From a virus: a DNA stretch of 42,841 nucleotides. The position numbers were made by a program, and so were the translations under genes. The notes under the pieces were generated by a model, which made no database searches, was not told the DNA's origin, and was given only the letters and a program-made list of their open reading frames with translations. Location of the stretch: IMG/VR virus record IMGVR_UViG_3300045988_007281. One strand, given 5' to 3'. Shown one piece after another: positions 40,245-42,841 of the stretch. Every line of letters starts with the position of its first letter. Within the stretch, counting starts at the first letter, position 1.

Positions 40245-41773
40245 AAGATAGGCAGCCAACACAGGTTTTAGCCAACGGCGCGATCCGCTACGGCGTCTAT
40301 AACGCCGACGGCACGCTCAACCACTACGAATACCTCAAGCGCGAGGACGCGCCTACCGTCGAGGGTACGCCACTCAACAAGGCAAATCTGCTATCCGATG
40401 CAACCGCCGCGAAGATCTGGCCCGGCTCGAAGAAGCCGGACGACCCGACCGTGAACGACGCGCTCGGCAAGCTTTCGGAGGGTACGGCCAAAGTCGGCGA
40501 CATCACTATCACCGCCCGCACCGACCTCTCCGACGCATGGATCCCGTGCGACGGGCGCACTGTATCGCAGGAACAGTATCCAAGCCTTTGCGCCGTCCTG
40601 CGGACGCCGGACAGCCCGGCGATTTGGACGGAAAAGACCGTATCAACAAACGTCGGAGCGGGCGGCGACGCGCTTTCCTACGAAAACGGCCACTGGTTCC
40701 GCACGTACCGGGACGCGACATCCGCACACATTCTGGTGTCGGACGACGGCGAGACGTGGGTAGAATGGCCGATTCCGCAGAACTTCTGGACCGACTCGAC
40801 AACACTTACTTCTCGAATTGTAGCAGCAAATGCTGTAAAGTACTACAATAATCAATATGTATGTAGCGTGTTAGTACTGTGCGCTACAACATCAGGCACA
40901 AAATACAGTTGGGGTGTTCTATTTGCAAGAGAGGTATTTAACGCATTTCAAATCGATTCCCCAGGGGTCTTCAACTGGTATGATTCAGATCGGGTAGAAG
41001 ACTTTACAGGTACGCGTGCAGACATATATTGGGATGGCCGCTACTTCTTTATAGTAGATATAGAGGACGTTCCATACGCCTCAATCGCCTTATTTCGATA
41101 TACAGATCAGCTTACAGCTAAAACCAGACCAGCAACTAGCTCGGAAACATCGTGGACTGCTGGATCGCAACTCCCTGGGCATTCTCTGCAGAAGATTCTC
41201 GTTCCGGCAGCAGGCGATGGCATTTTTGTCGTAACTATACGTCCTTCCGGCTCTAATGTCGAAAACTCATACGGGTGGCTTTCATACTTCCAAGGTGTTA
41301 CAGCCTCACGACTTGACAAAAACCTGAACACACTTAAACCAACAGATTCTATTGAGTATGAAGCCTTTTTTGAGGTGAATAACGATGTATACCTATACTA
41401 CACACTCGACAGGTCTGAATATTATCGCTGCAAGATAACGGTTGGAAGCACACTGGACGTATCGACGTCTAGGATAACTGAAGGCGATAGAATACAGTAT
41501 GCGATAAGCTGCAGCGATCAGGTTGTAGGGGTGTACGATTCGACGGTTAAAGTAGCAGAAGATATAGAGCAAGGATGGGATTTTTCGGCCTCACTTCCTA
41601 AAGCCATTGGTAACTATCCTGTTGCAGCAGGCACCATCGTAAGACTGCCATACAAGTCTCAGGGCACGATTGTACAGGATGGTGTCCACGATTTTGCGTA
41701 CGACAACAAGAAAATCCCTGTCATTACACCCGATAGTCGCAGCAAAGCCTATATCAAGGCACTGGAGGAGTAA
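40241..41773 (+). CDS. tail fibre / receptor-binding protein (collar-like N-terminal part, AT-richer C-terminal domain)
   Basis: AGGAGG upstream. DAWIPCDGRTVSQEQYPSLCAVL collar motif. N-terminal ~125 aa is paralogous to the 41776 gene. Confidence 0.7.
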   Translation: MKDRQPTQVLANGAIRYGVYNADGTLNHYEYLKREDAPTVEGTPLNKANLLSDATAAKIWPGSKKPDDPTVNDALGKLSEGTAKVGDITITARTDLSDAWIPCDGRTVSQEQYPSLCAVLRTPDSPAIWTEKTVSTNVGAGGDALSYENGHWFRTYRDATSAHILVSDDGETWVEWPIPQNFWTDSTTLTSRIVAANAVKYYNNQYVCSVLVLCATTSGTKYSWGVLFAREVFNAFQIDSPGVFNWYDSDRVEDFTGTRADIYWDGRYFFIVDIEDVPYASIALFRYTDQLTAKTRPATSSETSWTAGSQLPGHSLQKILVPAAGDGIFVVTIRPSGSNVENSYGWLSYFQGVTASRLDKNLNTLKPTDSIEYEAFFEVNNDVYLYYTLDRSEYYRCKITVGSTLDVSTSRITEGDRIQYAISCSDQVVGVYDSTVKVAEDIEQGWDFSASLPKAIGNYPVAAGTIVRLPYKSQGTIVQDGVHDFAYDNKKIPVITPDSRSKAYIKALEE

Positions 41774-41775
41774 CT

Positions 41776-42204
41776 ATGCAGGACAGACAGGGCACAAACG
41801 ATCTTGCGAACGGCGCTGTCCGGTACGGGGTATATGGCGCGGCTGGAAGTCTGCTGCGCTACGAATGGATCCGTCCGGAGGACGAGCCGCTGGAAGCTGG
41901 AACGCCGCTCACGGCCGGGAACCTGCTGACGGCACAGAGCGCTGCAAAGATCTGGCGAGCGGGCGACGCACCGGCGAACCCGATGGTAAACGAGGCATTC
42001 GGGAAGCTGTCGGAGCCGAATTATCACATCGGCGATATCCTCACGACCGTCCGCGTCCTCGATGCCCCGTGGCACGCCTGCGACGGCTCGACCTTCGATC
42101 AGACGGCCTACCCGGCCCTCTACGCCGTCCTCGGCGGCACGACGCTGCCGACGATCAGCTATTCCAGCGATACCACCACCTACATCAAAATGGCGGACGA
42201 TTAG
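41776..42204 (+). CDS. short tail-collar-domain fibre protein
   Basis: GGAGGAG upstream. APWHACDGSTFDQTAYPALYAVLGG. Confidence 0.65.
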   Translation: MQDRQGTNDLANGAVRYGVYGAAGSLLRYEWIRPEDEPLEAGTPLTAGNLLTAQSAAKIWRAGDAPANPMVNEAFGKLSEPNYHIGDILTTVRVLDAPWHACDGSTFDQTAYPALYAVLGGTTLPTISYSSDTTTYIKMADD

Positions 42205-42235
42205 CCCGGCAAATAAAAGAGAAAGGTACAGAAAA

Positions 42236-42580
42236 ATGGACACCAAAACCATCATCGTCACCCTCGCCTGCGCCGCGCTTGGCTCATCCGCGCTGACGGC
42301 GGTAGTAAACGCCGTCGTCGGCGCGATACAGAAAAAGCGCGGCAAGGCCACGACGCAGGAAACGCATCTTGCAGAGATCGACAAAAAGCTCGGGAAAATG
42401 CAGGAGCATCAGGACGAGCAGTATCTGGCGATCCTCCGCCTTACGATCATGAGCGAGGAAATGCCAATGGCCGAGCGCCTGATCGCCGGAGAGAAGTATA
42501 AAAAGATGGGCGGGAACGGCGACGTAAAAAAGTTTTTGCACCAGCTGGAGGCGCAATGCGGACATAGCAGTGCGCAATAA
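42236..42580 (+). CDS. N-terminally membrane-anchored coiled-coil protein, first gene of the lysis cassette
   Basis: Internal ATG with GAAAGG upstream. TIIVTLACAALGSSALTAVVNAVVGAI TM followed by a helical region. Confidence 0.6.
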   Translation: MDTKTIIVTLACAALGSSALTAVVNAVVGAIQKKRGKATTQETHLAEIDKKLGKMQEHQDEQYLAILRLTIMSEEMPMAERLIAGEKYKKMGGNGDVKKFLHQLEAQCGHSSAQ

Positions 42581-42594
42581 ATTGGGAGGCAGAT

Positions 42595-42841
42595 ATGCGG
42601 GTAAAAGGCAAGTGGAGCAAGGGCGAAATGGCGCGAACCATTGTGTTGTATCTGCTCCAGCTCATCACGACGGTAATTGTCTGGGCCTGCGCTCTGAAAA
42701 CCGTCGCCGTCCTAATTGCAGTCATCCGCAGCCCGGAGCTCGGCGCGTCGGTAGACCTGTCCGACGTGCTCGGCTTTACCGGCTGGGCAACCATCACAGA
42801 GCTTGGCCTGCTTGCCTTCAAGCGGGTTTTTGCAAAAAAGA
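42595..42841 (+). CDS. holin-like two-TM membrane protein, N-terminal part (continues at 1-116)
   Basis: GGGAGG 5 nt upstream of ATG 42595. The ORF is still open at the window end. Confidence 0.6.
   Translation, partial: MRVKGKWSKGEMARTIVLYLLQLITTVIVWACALKTVAVLIAVIRSPELGASVDLSDVLGFTGWATITELGLLAFKRVFAKK
42743..42841. repeat. terminal overlap copy 2 (identical to 1-99)
   Basis: Base-by-base identity read directly from both ends of the window. Confidence 0.95.

Larger units (their letters stand above)
1..42841. mobile_element. complete temperate siphovirus-type phage genome, circular map (unit 42,742 bp)
   Basis: Integrase+attP, repressors, replication/recombination, terminase, portal, capsid, tail, tape measure, fibres and holin/endolysin modules are all present. 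Identical 99-bp ends close the circle. Confidence 0.9.

Noticed and set aside
42062-42235. N-terminal extension of the 42236 gene (track ORF starts at 42062); likewise the 5542, 2417, 3179, 19035 and 28875 extensions.
   Set aside because: The extensions overlap the upstream genes out of frame, are P/R-rich, and lack SD sites. The internal ATGs have good SDs or ATGA coupling.
1-42841. Search for CRISPR arrays, a reverse transcriptase/DGR (template/variable repeats near the fibre genes), a retron, transposase/IS elements, rRNA and toxin-antitoxin pairs.
   Set aside because: No spacer-repeat periodicity, no RT-like (YxDD) or transposase-like ORF, and no TR/VR-type duplicated fibre segment were seen. 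The only long repeats are those reported.

Overview
The window is one complete temperate siphovirus-type dsDNA phage genome. Coding is high-GC with strong AGGAGG-type SD sites, which looks like a Clostridia/Oscillospiraceae-type host. Bases 1-99 are identical to 42743-42841, so the unit is a 42,742-bp circle (or circularly permuted genome), and one gene crosses the junction.

Map (+ strand unless noted):
- Lysis cassette across the junction (42236..1285).
- A sigma-region-4-like regulator (1299-1547).
- Two short operons driven by a duplicated consensus promoter/operator (1.6-3.8 kb).
- A block of low-complexity, Cys-rich, membrane or C1q-like accessory genes (3.9-7.1 kb).
- attP carrying the 3' ~65 nt of a tRNA-Ser(GCU) (7.3 kb).
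- Minus-strand lysogeny module (7.4-11.3 kb): integrase, membrane-anchored XRE, Zn-ribbon membrane protein, CI-like XRE.
- A ~600-bp non-coding switch region.
- Early, recombination and replication genes (11.9-21.9 kb): Cro-like and Xis-like HTH, Sak4-like ATPase, PD-(D/E)XK nuclease, DUF669-like SSB, replisome organiser, C5-MTase, RuvC-like resolvase, late activator.
- ParB-MTase, terS, terL and portal.
- An unusual fibre-like insertion (26.4-30.2 kb).
- MuF-like head protein, scaffold, capsid, connectors, major tail protein, G/GT chaperone, tape measure, tail tip and fibres.

Most interesting observations:
1. acr/aca-like operons under a duplicated promoter that has an embedded palindrome.
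2. A switch region with face-to-face promoters, an 18-codon uORF and a GC-rich non-coding block.
3. A dcm gene in which two overlapping frames both carry MTase-type motifs.
4. A 15-nt late box found twice, each time abutting a terminator hairpin.
5. A 58-bp inverted repeat upstream of the ParB-MTase gene.
6. A second fibre cluster ending in a truncated copy of a lysis-cassette gene.
7. An uncharacterised accessory gene block next to attP.

All functional calls come from motif recognition by eye. No database search, folding or GC calculation was run.
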